From positions 72,397 through 136,396 of the forward strand of contig CAWEHB010000001.1 of assembly GCA_963808705.1 (NCBI GenBank): 64,000 nucleotides of DNA, written 5' to 3'. The DNA comes from an uncultured Actinomycetota bacterium (lineage in GTDB: Bacteria; Actinomycetota; Actinomycetes; Streptosporangiales; Streptosporangiaceae). Numbering within the stretch: the stretch's first letter is position 1; every line of letters begins with the position of its first letter. A program made the position numbers and the translations under genes. A model generated the notes under the pieces. That model was not told where the DNA came from and did not search any database. It worked only from the letters and a program-made list of their open reading frames with translations. This document shows positions 26,680 through 35,250 of the stretch, in pieces.

Positions 26680-26952
26680 CTGACCCTAGCGGGCAGGATT
26701 CTGGTCATCCTCCCGGCTATCGTGACGCACGTGACCGCGACTGAGACCCGGCCGACAGGCCTGGCCGGGCTGGTGAAGGCGCACCGACCGCGGGGACATG
26801 GCGCCGTCCGCCCGGTGACACCGCCATTATTTTCCTGAACGTCACGCCGCGTGCTCACCCAAGCCACGCAGCCGCACGGCCCGCGTAGATTTCACTCAGC
26901 GCGTCATCACGCTGCCGTGGCCCCGGTGCCCCGGCCCGATTGGAGGTAGTAC

Positions 26953-28581
26953 GTGGCCGCACCGATGGTCACCCCGCCCGTTGGCGCCAGCCTGCAACGC
27001 CTGGCCGAGCAGTCCTGGGACCGGCTTGGGGCCAGGTCCGTGCTGCACTACGAGGGCAGCCAGTGGACCGGGGAGCAGCTCGCCGAGCGTATCCGCCGGG
27101 TGGCCGGCGGCCTGCAGGAAGCGGGCCTGGAGCCGGGCGAGCGGGTGGTGGTCTGCATGGCCAACTGCCCCGAGGTCAGCATCACCTACTCCGCGGTATG
27201 GCGCACGGGCGCGGTGGCCACACCGGTGCTGTTCCTGCTGAGCGAGGACGAACTGCGGCACGTGGTCAGCGACAGCGGCGCGGCCCTGATCGTCACGACG
27301 CCAGAGTTCCTGCCGAAGGTGACGGCGGCAGCGGCCGACCTGCCCAGCGTGCGCGGCATCATCGTGGTCGGCGGGCCCATGGCCGAGCAGCGCGCAGCCG
27401 AGGTCGCCGGGCCGCCGCTGCTGCCGTTCGCCGAGCTGGAGACGGCCCCGCCCGCCCGGCTGGTCGACTCTGATCCGGCCGGGCTCGCGGCCCTGCTCTA
27501 CACGGGGGGCACGACCGGGCGCTCCAAGGGAGTGATGATCAGCCACAACGCGCTGTCCGCGGCGGCCTGGGCGGCCACGGCCACGTCCTACGACGAGGAC
27601 CTCAGCTCGGCCCTGCTCCCGTTGCCGCTGTCCCACGTCTACGGGCTGATGGTGAGCGTGATGAGCCTGCACTCGCCGGGCCCGGGCACCTCCGTGCTGA
27701 TGCGCTGGTTCGATCCCATCACCTGGCTGGAACTCGCGCAGCAGCACCGGATCAACATCAGCCCGCTGGTGCCGTCGATGCTGCAGATGCTGCTGCAGCA
27801 GCCGCTCGAGGACTACGACCTGTCCGCCCTGGCCCGGCTCACCAGCGGCAGCGCGCCGCTGCCGCCGCAGGTCACCGAGGATTTCCGCAAGCGGCTGCCG
27901 CATGTCGAGGTCGGCGAGGGTTACGGGTGCACCGAGACCGCGGCCATCATCTCGACCTCACCGCGCGGGCAGGTACGCGTGGGCAGCGTGGGCAGGCCGG
28001 CCCCGGGCGTGGAGGTTCGCATCGAGCAGCGGGACGGCTCGGCGGCGGCGCCGGGCGAGGAGGGCGAGATCTGCGTGCGCGGGCCGGTGCTGATGAGCGG
28101 TTACTGGAACGCGGAGGAGGAGACCGCGCAGGTCATGCGCGGCGGCTGGCTGCACACCGGCGACGTGGGCCGGCTCGACCAGGACGGCTACCTCTACATC
28201 GTGGACCGGATCAAGGACCTGATCATCCGCGGCGGCTACAACGTGTACCCCCGTGACGTGGAGGACGTCCTGATGCGGCACCGCGACGTGGTGGGGGCGG
28301 CCGTGGTGGGGCGGCCGGACGAGAAGTACGGCGAGGAGGTCGTCGCCTTCGTGCAACTGCGCGAGGGTGCCATGGCCGGGCCCGCGGACCTGATCGAGTT
28401 CAGCCGGAGTCACCTGTCCGCGGTGAAGTACCCGCGCGAGATCCGCCTCGTCGACGCGATCCCGCTGACCAGCGTCATGAAGACCGACCGCAAGCTGCTG
28501 CGCGCCATGGTCGCCAGCGACCAGGCCGAGGGCGACGAACCGCCCGGCCCGCTGGCCGAGGAGCCGCCGACCCTCCCTTGA
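26953..28581 (+). CDS. AMP-dependent synthetase/ligase (acyl-CoA synthetase family)
   Basis: LLYTGGTTGRSKGVMISH (the AMP-binding P-loop), GEGYGCTET, and GWLHTGDVGRLDQDGYLYIVDRIKDLII. Confidence 0.9.
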   Translation: MAAPMVTPPVGASLQRLAEQSWDRLGARSVLHYEGSQWTGEQLAERIRRVAGGLQEAGLEPGERVVVCMANCPEVSITYSAVWRTGAVATPVLFLLSEDELRHVVSDSGAALIVTTPEFLPKVTAAAADLPSVRGIIVVGGPMAEQRAAEVAGPPLLPFAELETAPPARLVDSDPAGLAALLYTGGTTGRSKGVMISHNALSAAAWAATATSYDEDLSSALLPLPLSHVYGLMVSVMSLHSPGPGTSVLMRWFDPITWLELAQQHRINISPLVPSMLQMLLQQPLEDYDLSALARLTSGSAPLPPQVTEDFRKRLPHVEVGEGYGCTETAAIISTSPRGQVRVGSVGRPAPGVEVRIEQRDGSAAAPGEEGEICVRGPVLMSGYWNAEEETAQVMRGGWLHTGDVGRLDQDGYLYIVDRIKDLIIRGGYNVYPRDVEDVLMRHRDVVGAAVVGRPDEKYGEEVVAFVQLREGAMAGPADLIEFSRSHLSAVKYPREIRLVDAIPLTSVMKTDRKLLRAMVASDQAEGDEPPGPLAEEPPTLP

Positions 28582-28680
28582 CCCGCCGACCGCCCCTTTG
28601 ACCCGCCGACCGCCCCCTTGGGCTGCCGACCGCCCCCTTGGGCTGCCGACCGCCCCCTTGGGCTGCCGGACCTCCTTCAG
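28561..28680. repeat. Tandem array of a 20-bp unit (about 6 units, 4 nearly perfect) between convergent stop codons
   Basis: Units: gagccgccgaccctcccttg / acccgccgaccgcccctttg / acccgccgaccgcccccttg / ggctgccgaccgcccccttg x2 / ggctgccggacctccttcag. The first unit encodes the last codons and stop of the ligase gene. Confidence 0.85.
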
Positions 28681-29351
28681 TGCGGGAGGGCGGACAGGGG
28701 GGTGATCGCGGAGACCTCGCCGGTGGGCGAGCCGTTGACGGCGGCGCAGGAGGGCAGGTAGGACCGGGCCCCGGGCAGCCACGCCGACACCACCACGCCC
28801 GCCGAGGCGCCGGGCGGGCTGACCCGCAGCCGCACGTACGGCGCCGGGCAGGCCGCCGCGGTTCCGGAGGGCTGGTCGGCCGCGGCCACCACCGCGTAGG
28901 CCGAGCCCCCCGGCGCCAGCGTGACCGCCGGCAGCGGGGAGGGAGCCTGCCAGGCCCCGTACATGGTCGAGTGCGCGCGGCGCAACGCGGTGGCGTTCCC
29001 GGCCGCGGTCACCGCGACCACGGCCGGCCAGCCGTGCATCTGGCAGGCGGCCGGGCCGGTGTTGGTGAACCGCAGGTACCCCCCGGCCTGGCCGCCCAGC
29101 GCCCCGGTATCGGTCAGGCCTACCTTCAGCTGGGCCGGGGCACACGCCGCCACCCCGCCCGCCGGCACCGACGGCGTGGCCGGCCCGGGCGCGGTGGCGG
29201 CCGGCGACGGGGTGCCGGCCGCCGAGGGGGTACCGGACGCGGACGGGGCGCCGGACGCCGCGGGCGCGCCGCCCGGGGCCGGCACGCTGCCGCACGCCGC
29301 CAGCACCAGCCCGCAAGCCACCACAACCACGCTCGCCGTTAATGACCGCAT
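28677..29351 (-). CDS. DUF4232-domain lipoprotein, copy A
   Basis: MRSLTASVVVVACGLVLAAC|GS lipobox, a Pro/Ala/Ser linker, then C..AQLKVGLTDTGALGGQAGGYLRFTNTGPAACQMHGWPAV (the DUF4232 pattern). The ATG at 29351 has a GAAGGGGGA SD. Confidence 0.8.
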   Translation of the reverse strand: MRSLTASVVVVACGLVLAACGSVPAPGGAPAASGAPSASGTPSAAGTPSPAATAPGPATPSVPAGGVAACAPAQLKVGLTDTGALGGQAGGYLRFTNTGPAACQMHGWPAVVAVTAAGNATALRRAHSTMYGAWQAPSPLPAVTLAPGGSAYAVVAAADQPSGTAAACPAPYVRLRVSPPGASAGVVVSAWLPGARSYLPSCAAVNGSPTGEVSAITPLSALPH

Positions 29352-30269
29352 GACTCCCCCTTCCGGTATCCGGCTCCGCAGAGAACCGTGGGTCATGGCC
29401 GGGACGGCAGGCTCACGCGGAGCGAGCCCCAGGCCCCGTGCGCTGATGACCCGCGCCGGCATCTCGCCCGACGGCGGGGCCTCCCGCGCCGAGGCCTGCA
29501 CGGCGAGCTCCCCGCCCGGCCCGGCGTGCCGGACCTGGAACACCACCACACCGCCCCCGGCGGCGTCCAGCGGGGTGAACCAGAACTCCCCGGCGCAGCC
29601 GGCCCGGCGGTAGCGCACCACCGGCCCGAACGGGCCCGCCGCCTGCGCCACGGCCGCGAACACCCCGTGCCCGGCCAGCGCGCGCAGCCCGGCCCGGGCC
29701 GGGAACCACCACGGCCGGCCGCACACCGGCGTGCGCGGCAGCGCCCGCATGCTCAGCCCCGCCAGCACGGCCCCGCCGGCCGCCGCACCGGCCCAGAACC
29801 AGGGACGGCCGAACGCGCCCGCCTCCCCGCGCAGGAAGACCACCCCGGCCACCCCGGCCACGGCCAGCACCGCGTCCCGGGCCAGCTCGCGCCCTGGGCT
29901 TTCTCCCGCCGCCTGCGGCGACGCGCGCCACTGGATGCACCCGCAGCCGCCGGGCACGCCCTTCGCCCGCGCGTACCCGAGCAGGACGCAGAAACCGGCC
30001 CCCAGCGCGGCCATGGCCGCCCCGCCCAGCGCTGGGTAAGCTCCGGCGCACACCACCAGCCCGACCGCGCACTCCAGGCCGCCGGCCGCCGCCTCCACCC
30101 GCCGCCACCGGCGCTTGGTCATCCCCAGCGCGCGCCGGACCGCGCTCAAGGAAGGCACCTGGCGGGCGGCCCGGTACAGCTTGCTCGCCCCGGCCACCAC
30201 CAGCAGCCCGCCGCAGCTGGCCACCCACCCGGCCAGGAACAACGACGCACCCGAACCGATCTCGACCAT
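28677..30269 (-). CDS. MauE/DoxX-like membrane protein, copy A. This ORF continues in frame, with no stop, into lipoprotein gene A.
   Basis: MVEIGSGASLFLAGWVASCGGLLVVAGASKLY...VPGGCGCIQW (a MauE-like CGC motif) with 4-5 TM helices. The MauE-homologous part spans about 29400-30269. The stop present in copy B (TAA at 33517-33519) is missing here. Confidence 0.6.
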   Translation of the reverse strand: MVEIGSGASLFLAGWVASCGGLLVVAGASKLYRAARQVPSLSAVRRALGMTKRRWRRVEAAAGGLECAVGLVVCAGAYPALGGAAMAALGAGFCVLLGYARAKGVPGGCGCIQWRASPQAAGESPGRELARDAVLAVAGVAGVVFLRGEAGAFGRPWFWAGAAAGGAVLAGLSMRALPRTPVCGRPWWFPARAGLRALAGHGVFAAVAQAAGPFGPVVRYRRAGCAGEFWFTPLDAAGGGVVVFQVRHAGPGGELAVQASAREAPPSGEMPARVISARGLGLAPREPAVPAMTHGSLRSRIPEGGVMRSLTASVVVVACGLVLAACGSVPAPGGAPAASGAPSASGTPSAAGTPSPAATAPGPATPSVPAGGVAACAPAQLKVGLTDTGALGGQAGGYLRFTNTGPAACQMHGWPAVVAVTAAGNATALRRAHSTMYGAWQAPSPLPAVTLAPGGSAYAVVAAADQPSGTAAACPAPYVRLRVSPPGASAGVVVSAWLPGARSYLPSCAAVNGSPTGEVSAITPLSALPH

Positions 30270-30345
30270 CCCGCCATCACCTGTCATTACTCGCGTCACC
30301 CTGCCCGGCCAAACGCCGGCTCCGGAGGGTGCCCGGAGCCGGTCG

Positions 30346-31086
30346 CTAGGGGTCGGCTATGACCCGGAAGCAGTAACTGGCGGTGGCCACGTTGCCCACG
30401 TCCAGGTCGACGTTGGCCGAGAAGCCGCAGGCGTCCTGCTCGCCGAACTGCCACAGGTGGGATCCGACCTTGGACTTTGACACCGAGGAGCACTCATCGG
30501 GGTCGAAGTTGGGCCTGTTCTTCAGCGTTCCGCACGGCTCCGGCTCGCTGGACCACACCGAGGCGGGAATGTTGAGGCCCCTGGCCGCGGCGATGGTCGT
30601 GCAGTTGGGGTAGGGCGAGAACGGAGCGCAGTACAGGGCCGGGTACAGCGGGTACGTGCGCAGGTGCGCGAAGTTGTAGTTCGCGATGTAGTTCGCCCAT
30701 CCGTCCCAGTAGCTCTGGCTCAGCGACGTGGAGTACTCCTGGTCGAGGTAGCACCACAGCTGGTTGCTGGCCGGCAGCTTGAGCTGCGCGACCGCGTTCC
30801 AGGCCGCGAGCATCGACGCCGCGTAGGTCTGCGCGTCGGCCAGGCCCTCCGCGAAGGACCCGCTCAACCGGTGCTGGGGGGGCGCGGAGACGCAGCCGAC
30901 GTAGGGCCCGCCGCTGGCCCACGCTCCCGCGCTCTCCGCCACCGCGGCGTCGGCGAAGATGTCGGCGGCCGGCGACGGCGAGAAGTAGCGGATCCAGAAC
31001 GCCGGGTCGCGGCCGAATTCGTTGCGCGCTGACTGGTAGGTGTGGTGGATCTGTCCGGCGGTGTCATATCCCGTCATGGCTGGCAT
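30346..31086 (-). CDS. DUF1906 (Rv2525c-like glycoside-hydrolase-like) protein, copy A. It has 8 Cys and no signal peptide.
   Basis: FWIRYFSPS..., LWCYLDQEYSTSLSQSYWDGWANYI..., and HLWQFGEQDACGFSANVDLDVGN parallel Rv2525c segments (IRYVS; IYASIDDNPSYEQY; HLHQVEID..GVDVNQ). The ORF starts 39 nt after the upstream stop, so there is no room for a signal peptide. Confidence 0.75.
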   Translation of the reverse strand: MPAMTGYDTAGQIHHTYQSARNEFGRDPAFWIRYFSPSPAADIFADAAVAESAGAWASGGPYVGCVSAPPQHRLSGSFAEGLADAQTYAASMLAAWNAVAQLKLPASNQLWCYLDQEYSTSLSQSYWDGWANYIANYNFAHLRTYPLYPALYCAPFSPYPNCTTIAAARGLNIPASVWSSEPEPCGTLKNRPNFDPDECSSVSKSKVGSHLWQFGEQDACGFSANVDLDVGNVATASYCFRVIADP

Positions 31087-31124
31087 CCCTCATACGAAAG
31101 CAGCGTGGTGGAATTGCGGCTGGA

Positions 31125-32600
31125 TCAGAACACGGCCGATACGTGCAGGCTCGTAGCGACCGTCCCGAGCGGGCTCAGGCCGGGAGAGAAGAACTCCAGG
31201 CGCGGGTTCTCCGGGCTTATGGTGAGCAGGGTTCCGCTGGGTAGCTGGTACAGGCCGAAATACTGCCGGCCGTGGCTGTAGGACCCGGCCAGCTTCCCGG
31301 TGGCCACGTCATAGGCGGAGATCCCGCCGGCCTTGGCCCCGCCCAGGACATAGAGCGTGTCCCCGGCGGGCGACAGGGCCGCCTTGCTCCACGGGGCGCC
31401 GCCGGGCGACGCGGGTGCCGGGAAGCTGACCTCGGCCTTGACCCGGAACGAGTCCGCCGGGTCGGCGACGACCGCCCGGCCGATGCCTGGCTTGGTCATG
31501 AACACCGTCCCCTCCGGGCGTGACTCCATGGTCACCGCGCTCGGCTTGGCCCGGGTCACGCCGAGCGGCGCGATCGCGGTCTGGGTCACCTCCCCGGTCT
31601 GTGCCGAGCTGACCTGCACCGCGCGGCCGTTGACGAGCCGGGCCACCTCTCCGGTGGCCAGCGTCACCACCGGCTCGCCGGCCGGCCAGGGCGCCGGAGA
31701 CGGCACGGAAACCCGGGCCCGCCCCGAGCCGAGCGGGAACACGCTGACCCACGGCAGCGGCGGCGGCTGCGGCCGGGACGCCGCCGGCTGCGGCTCCCTG
31801 GTCGTCCACACGAACAGGTCCGAGGAATTCGCCGCCGCGGTGGTCAGCGCCAGCGACGGGGCGTTGCCGAGGTGGAACGGCCCGGTGAACTCCCCGCTGT
31901 CCGAGTCGAAGTAGGCCAGTGCGTGGCGCGACGTCCAGGTCACGGCGTGCATGGGCATGATGCGACCGGTGTGCGACTCCGCCTTGTGGGTCAGGTGCTG
32001 CTGCGTGGGCTCGATAATGGCCAGCACCACCGCGACGGTCGCGGTACCCGACGCGAAGACCGGCGTCGCAAGAATGTTCGCGCCGTCCCGGATATCGGCG
32101 ATGGTCAGCGACCCCTGCTTGCTGATCACAGCCGAGGCCGAGTCGACGAGGGCCAGCGTCACCTTCGCCCCGGCCGCCACGGTGTGCACGGTGACCAGGG
32201 CCACGGTGGTCTGGTCGGGTGACGAGACCGGCGTCGACGCGAGCTTGGCGGCGACCGGCCTGGCCGCTATGGACCTGCCCTCGATGGACTTGGCCGCGGT
32301 CCGCGACCAGACCCGGGGAGCCGGATATGGTGCCCACGCGACCGCCCCGCCAGCGAGGGGTCTCGATTCGGGCATGCCGTACAGGAGCACGTACCGGGAG
32401 TCGGCCCCGGGAAGACTGTGAGACCGGGCTAGGCGGCCGGCCAGCGACGGGTCCGGCAGCGCGATGAGGGCACCGACCCCGAGGCCGCCGGCCAGCATCT
32501 CGCGGCGACTGACTCCTGGAACACCGCCGACAGCGGAGCGCGACGGGACCGCCGCGTCTGCCCGATGTACGGCTGCGTCTGCCCGATGTAGAGACCGCAC
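31125..32600 (-). CDS. Tat-signal secreted protein, beta-propeller-like C-terminus, copy A
   Basis: Twin-arginine motif SRREMLAGGLGVGALIALP. The C-terminus (LSPAGDTLYVLGGAKAGGISAYDVATGKLAGSY) is YVTN/lactonase-propeller-like. The GTG start has a GGAAGGAAG SD. Confidence 0.8.
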   Translation of the reverse strand: MRSLHRADAAVHRADAAVPSRSAVGGVPGVSRREMLAGGLGVGALIALPDPSLAGRLARSHSLPGADSRYVLLYGMPESRPLAGGAVAWAPYPAPRVWSRTAAKSIEGRSIAARPVAAKLASTPVSSPDQTTVALVTVHTVAAGAKVTLALVDSASAVISKQGSLTIADIRDGANILATPVFASGTATVAVVLAIIEPTQQHLTHKAESHTGRIMPMHAVTWTSRHALAYFDSDSGEFTGPFHLGNAPSLALTTAAANSSDLFVWTTREPQPAASRPQPPPLPWVSVFPLGSGRARVSVPSPAPWPAGEPVVTLATGEVARLVNGRAVQVSSAQTGEVTQTAIAPLGVTRAKPSAVTMESRPEGTVFMTKPGIGRAVVADPADSFRVKAEVSFPAPASPGGAPWSKAALSPAGDTLYVLGGAKAGGISAYDVATGKLAGSYSHGRQYFGLYQLPSGTLLTISPENPRLEFFSPGLSPLGTVATSLHVSAVF

Positions 32601-32764
32601 GTAGGTTACTTCCTTCCCCCCAGCCTCACACGGGTCATAGTCTCGTACCTGTTGCGAATTTCGGTGTATTTCAGTGCGAGATTCTCGATCGTGTCGTGGC
32701 GCACGAATTCAGCGGTGGCCGCGACCGCCGGGGGATACGGTAAGGCGGAGAAAGCCCAGTACAG

Positions 32765-33484
32765 CTAGTGCGGGAGGGCGGACAGGGGGGTGATCGCGGA
32801 GACCTCGCCGGTGGGCGAGCCGTTGACGGCGGCGCAGGAGGGCAGGTAGGACCGGGCCCCGGGCAGCCACGCCGACACCACCACGCCCGCCGAGGCGCCG
32901 GGCGGGCTGACCCGCAGCCGCACGTACGGCGCCGGGCAGGCCGCCGCGGTTCCGGAGGGCTGGTCGGCCGCGGCCACCACCGCGTAGGCCGAGCCCCCCG
33001 GCGCCAGCGTGACCGCCGGCAGCGGGGAGGGAGCCTGCCAGGCCCCGTACATGGTCGAGTGCGCGCGGCGCAACGCGGTGGCGTTCCCGGCCGCGGTCAC
33101 CGCGACCACGGCCGGCCAGCCGTGCATCTGGCAGGCGGCCGGGCCGGTGTTGGTGAACCGCAGGTACCCCCCGGCCTGGCCGCCCAGCGCCCCGGTATCG
33201 GTCAGGCCTACCTTCAGCTGGGCCGGGGCACACGCCGCCACCCCGCCCGCCGGCACCGACGGCGTGGCCGGCCCGGGCGCGGTGGCGGCCGGCGACGGGG
33301 TGCCGGCCGCCGAGGGGGTACCGGACGCGGACGGGGCGCCGGACGCCGCGGGCGCGCCGCCCGGGGCCGGCACGCTGCCGCACGCCGCCAGCACCAGCCC
33401 GCAAGCCACCACAACCACAGCCGTCCCGCCCGCCGTCCGCGCGGCCGCGCGGCAGGCGGAGCCGTGCACCGCCAAGAACCTCAT
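32765..33484 (-). CDS. DUF4232-domain lipoprotein, copy B
   Basis: MRFLAVHGSACRAAARTAGGTAVVVVACGLVLAAC|GS. The mature part is identical to copy A. ATG at 33484 with a GGAAGGAAG SD. Confidence 0.8.
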   Translation of the reverse strand: MRFLAVHGSACRAAARTAGGTAVVVVACGLVLAACGSVPAPGGAPAASGAPSASGTPSAAGTPSPAATAPGPATPSVPAGGVAACAPAQLKVGLTDTGALGGQAGGYLRFTNTGPAACQMHGWPAVVAVTAAGNATALRRAHSTMYGAWQAPSPLPAVTLAPGGSAYAVVAAADQPSGTAAACPAPYVRLRVSPPGASAGVVVSAWLPGARSYLPSCAAVNGSPTGEVSAITPLSALPH

Positions 33485-33516
33485 CGCTCTTCCTTCCGGT
33501 ACCCCGGCCTCGTCTG

Positions 33517-34419
33517 TTATGACGACAGACCGTGCGTCGTGGTTGGGGTGAGTCTCATCCGGGCGGGGGCCAGCGGGGTGCTCCGTGCGCTGATGATCCG
33601 GGCCGGCGCCTCGCCCGCGGCCGGGGTGTCCTGCACCGACGCCTGCACGGCCAGCGCCCCGCCGTACCCGGCGTGCCGGACCCGGAACACCACGGCGCGG
33701 TCCTGGCCGGGCCCGTCCAGCGGGATGAACCAGAACTCCCCGGCGCAGCCGGCCCGGCGGTAGCGCACCACCGGCCCGAACGGGCCCGCCGCCTGCGCCA
33801 CGGCCGCGAACACCCCGTGCCCGGCCAGCGCGCGCAGCCCGGCCCGGGCCGGGAACCACCACGGCCGGCCGCACACCGGCGTGCGCGGCAGCGCCCGCAT
33901 GCTCAGCCCCGCCAGCACGGCCCCGCCGGCCGCCGCACCGGCCCAGAACCAGGGACGGCCGAACGCGCCCGCCTCCCCGCGCAGGAAGACCACGCTGGCC
34001 ACCCCGGCCACGGCCAGCACCGCGTCCCGGGCCAGCTCCCGCCAGGAGACCGTCTCCGCCGGCCGCTGCGCCGCGCGCCACTGGATGCAGCCGCAGCCGC
34101 CGGGCACGCCCTTCGCCCGCGCGTACCCGAGCAGGGCGCAGAAACCGGCCCCCAGCGCGGCCATGGCCGCCCCGCCCGCCGCCGGGTACACCCCGGCGCA
34201 CACGACCACGCCGACCGCGCACTCCAGGCCGCCGGCCGCCGCCTCCACCCGCCGCCACCGGCGCTTGGTCATCCCCAGCGCGCGCCGGACCGCGCTCAAG
34301 GAAGGCACCTGGCGGGCGGCCCGGTACAGCTTGCTCGCCCCGGCCACCACCAGCAGCCCGCCGCAGCTGGCCACCCACCCGGCCAGGAACAACGACGCAC
34401 CCGAACCGATCTGGGCCAC
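33517..34419 (-). CDS. MauE/DoxX-like membrane protein, copy B (has its own stop)
   Basis: Track ORF 33517..34446. GTG at 34419 is preceded by AAGAAGGGA and gives VAQIGSGASLF..., parallel to copy A MVEIGSGASLF. Confidence 0.75.
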   Translation of the reverse strand: MAQIGSGASLFLAGWVASCGGLLVVAGASKLYRAARQVPSLSAVRRALGMTKRRWRRVEAAAGGLECAVGVVVCAGVYPAAGGAAMAALGAGFCALLGYARAKGVPGGCGCIQWRAAQRPAETVSWRELARDAVLAVAGVASVVFLRGEAGAFGRPWFWAGAAAGGAVLAGLSMRALPRTPVCGRPWWFPARAGLRALAGHGVFAAVAQAAGPFGPVVRYRRAGCAGEFWFIPLDGPGQDRAVVFRVRHAGYGGALAVQASVQDTPAAGEAPARIISARSTPLAPARMRLTPTTTHGLSS

Positions 34420-34463
34420 CCGGCATCCCTTCTTAACCGCCACCACACGTTTTCGGGCCGCCG

Positions 34464-35195
34464 CTAGGGGTCGGATACGACCCGGAAGCAGTAGTCGGGC
34501 GTGTTCACGTTGCCCAGGTCCAGGTCAACGTTGGCCGAGTAGCCGCAACCCACCTGCTCGCCGAACTGCCACAGGTGGGACGGGGCCTTCGAGCGCGACA
34601 CCGAGGAGCATTCGTCCGCGTCAAAGGCGGGCGGGCTCCCGAGGCTCCCGCACGGTTCCGGCTCGCTGGCCCACACCGAGGCGGGAATGTTGACGCCCTT
34701 GGCGGCGGCGAGGACCGAGCAGTTAGGGAACGGCGAGAACGGGTCGCAGTAGATCGCCGGGTACAGCGGATACGTGCGCAGGTCCGCGAAGTTGTATTCC
34801 GCGATGTAGTTCGCCCAGGCGTCCCAGTAGCTCAGGCTCAGCGACGTGGAGTACTCCTGGTCGAGGTAGCACCACAGCTGGTTGCTGGCCGGCAGCTTGA
34901 GCTGCGCGACCGCGTTCCAGGCGGCGAGCATCGACGCCGCGTAGGTCTGCGCGTCGGCTAGGCCCTCCGCGAAGGACCCGCTCAGCCGGGACTGGTACGG
35001 CGCGCTGACGCAGCCGACGTAGGGCCCGCCGCTGGCCCACGCTCCCGCGCTCTCCGCTACCGCGGCGTCGGCGAAGATGTCGGCGGCCGGCGACGGCGAG
35101 AAGTAGCGGATCCAGAACGCCGGATCCCGGCCGAACTCCTCGTGCGCCGACACGTACGTGTCGTGGATCGGTCCTGCGGTGTCATATCCCGCCAT
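34464..35195 (-). CDS. DUF1906 (Rv2525c-like) protein, copy B. It has 8 conserved Cys and no signal peptide.
   Basis: Paralogue of 30346..31086, with all eight Cys positions conserved. Confidence 0.75.
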   Translation of the reverse strand: MAGYDTAGPIHDTYVSAHEEFGRDPAFWIRYFSPSPAADIFADAAVAESAGAWASGGPYVGCVSAPYQSRLSGSFAEGLADAQTYAASMLAAWNAVAQLKLPASNQLWCYLDQEYSTSLSLSYWDAWANYIAEYNFADLRTYPLYPAIYCDPFSPFPNCSVLAAAKGVNIPASVWASEPEPCGSLGSPPAFDADECSSVSRSKAPSHLWQFGEQVGCGYSANVDLDLGNVNTPDYCFRVVSDP

Positions 35196-35250
35196 GGCTG
35201 ACTTCCCCTCCGGAGGCGGCGTGCTGGTAGCTGCGGACGGTGCGGCCGGA

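Noticed and set aside
28561-28680. CRISPR array
   Set aside because: The 20-bp units are directly adjacent with no spacers, the unit is too short, and no cas genes are present. It is classified as a simple tandem repeat.
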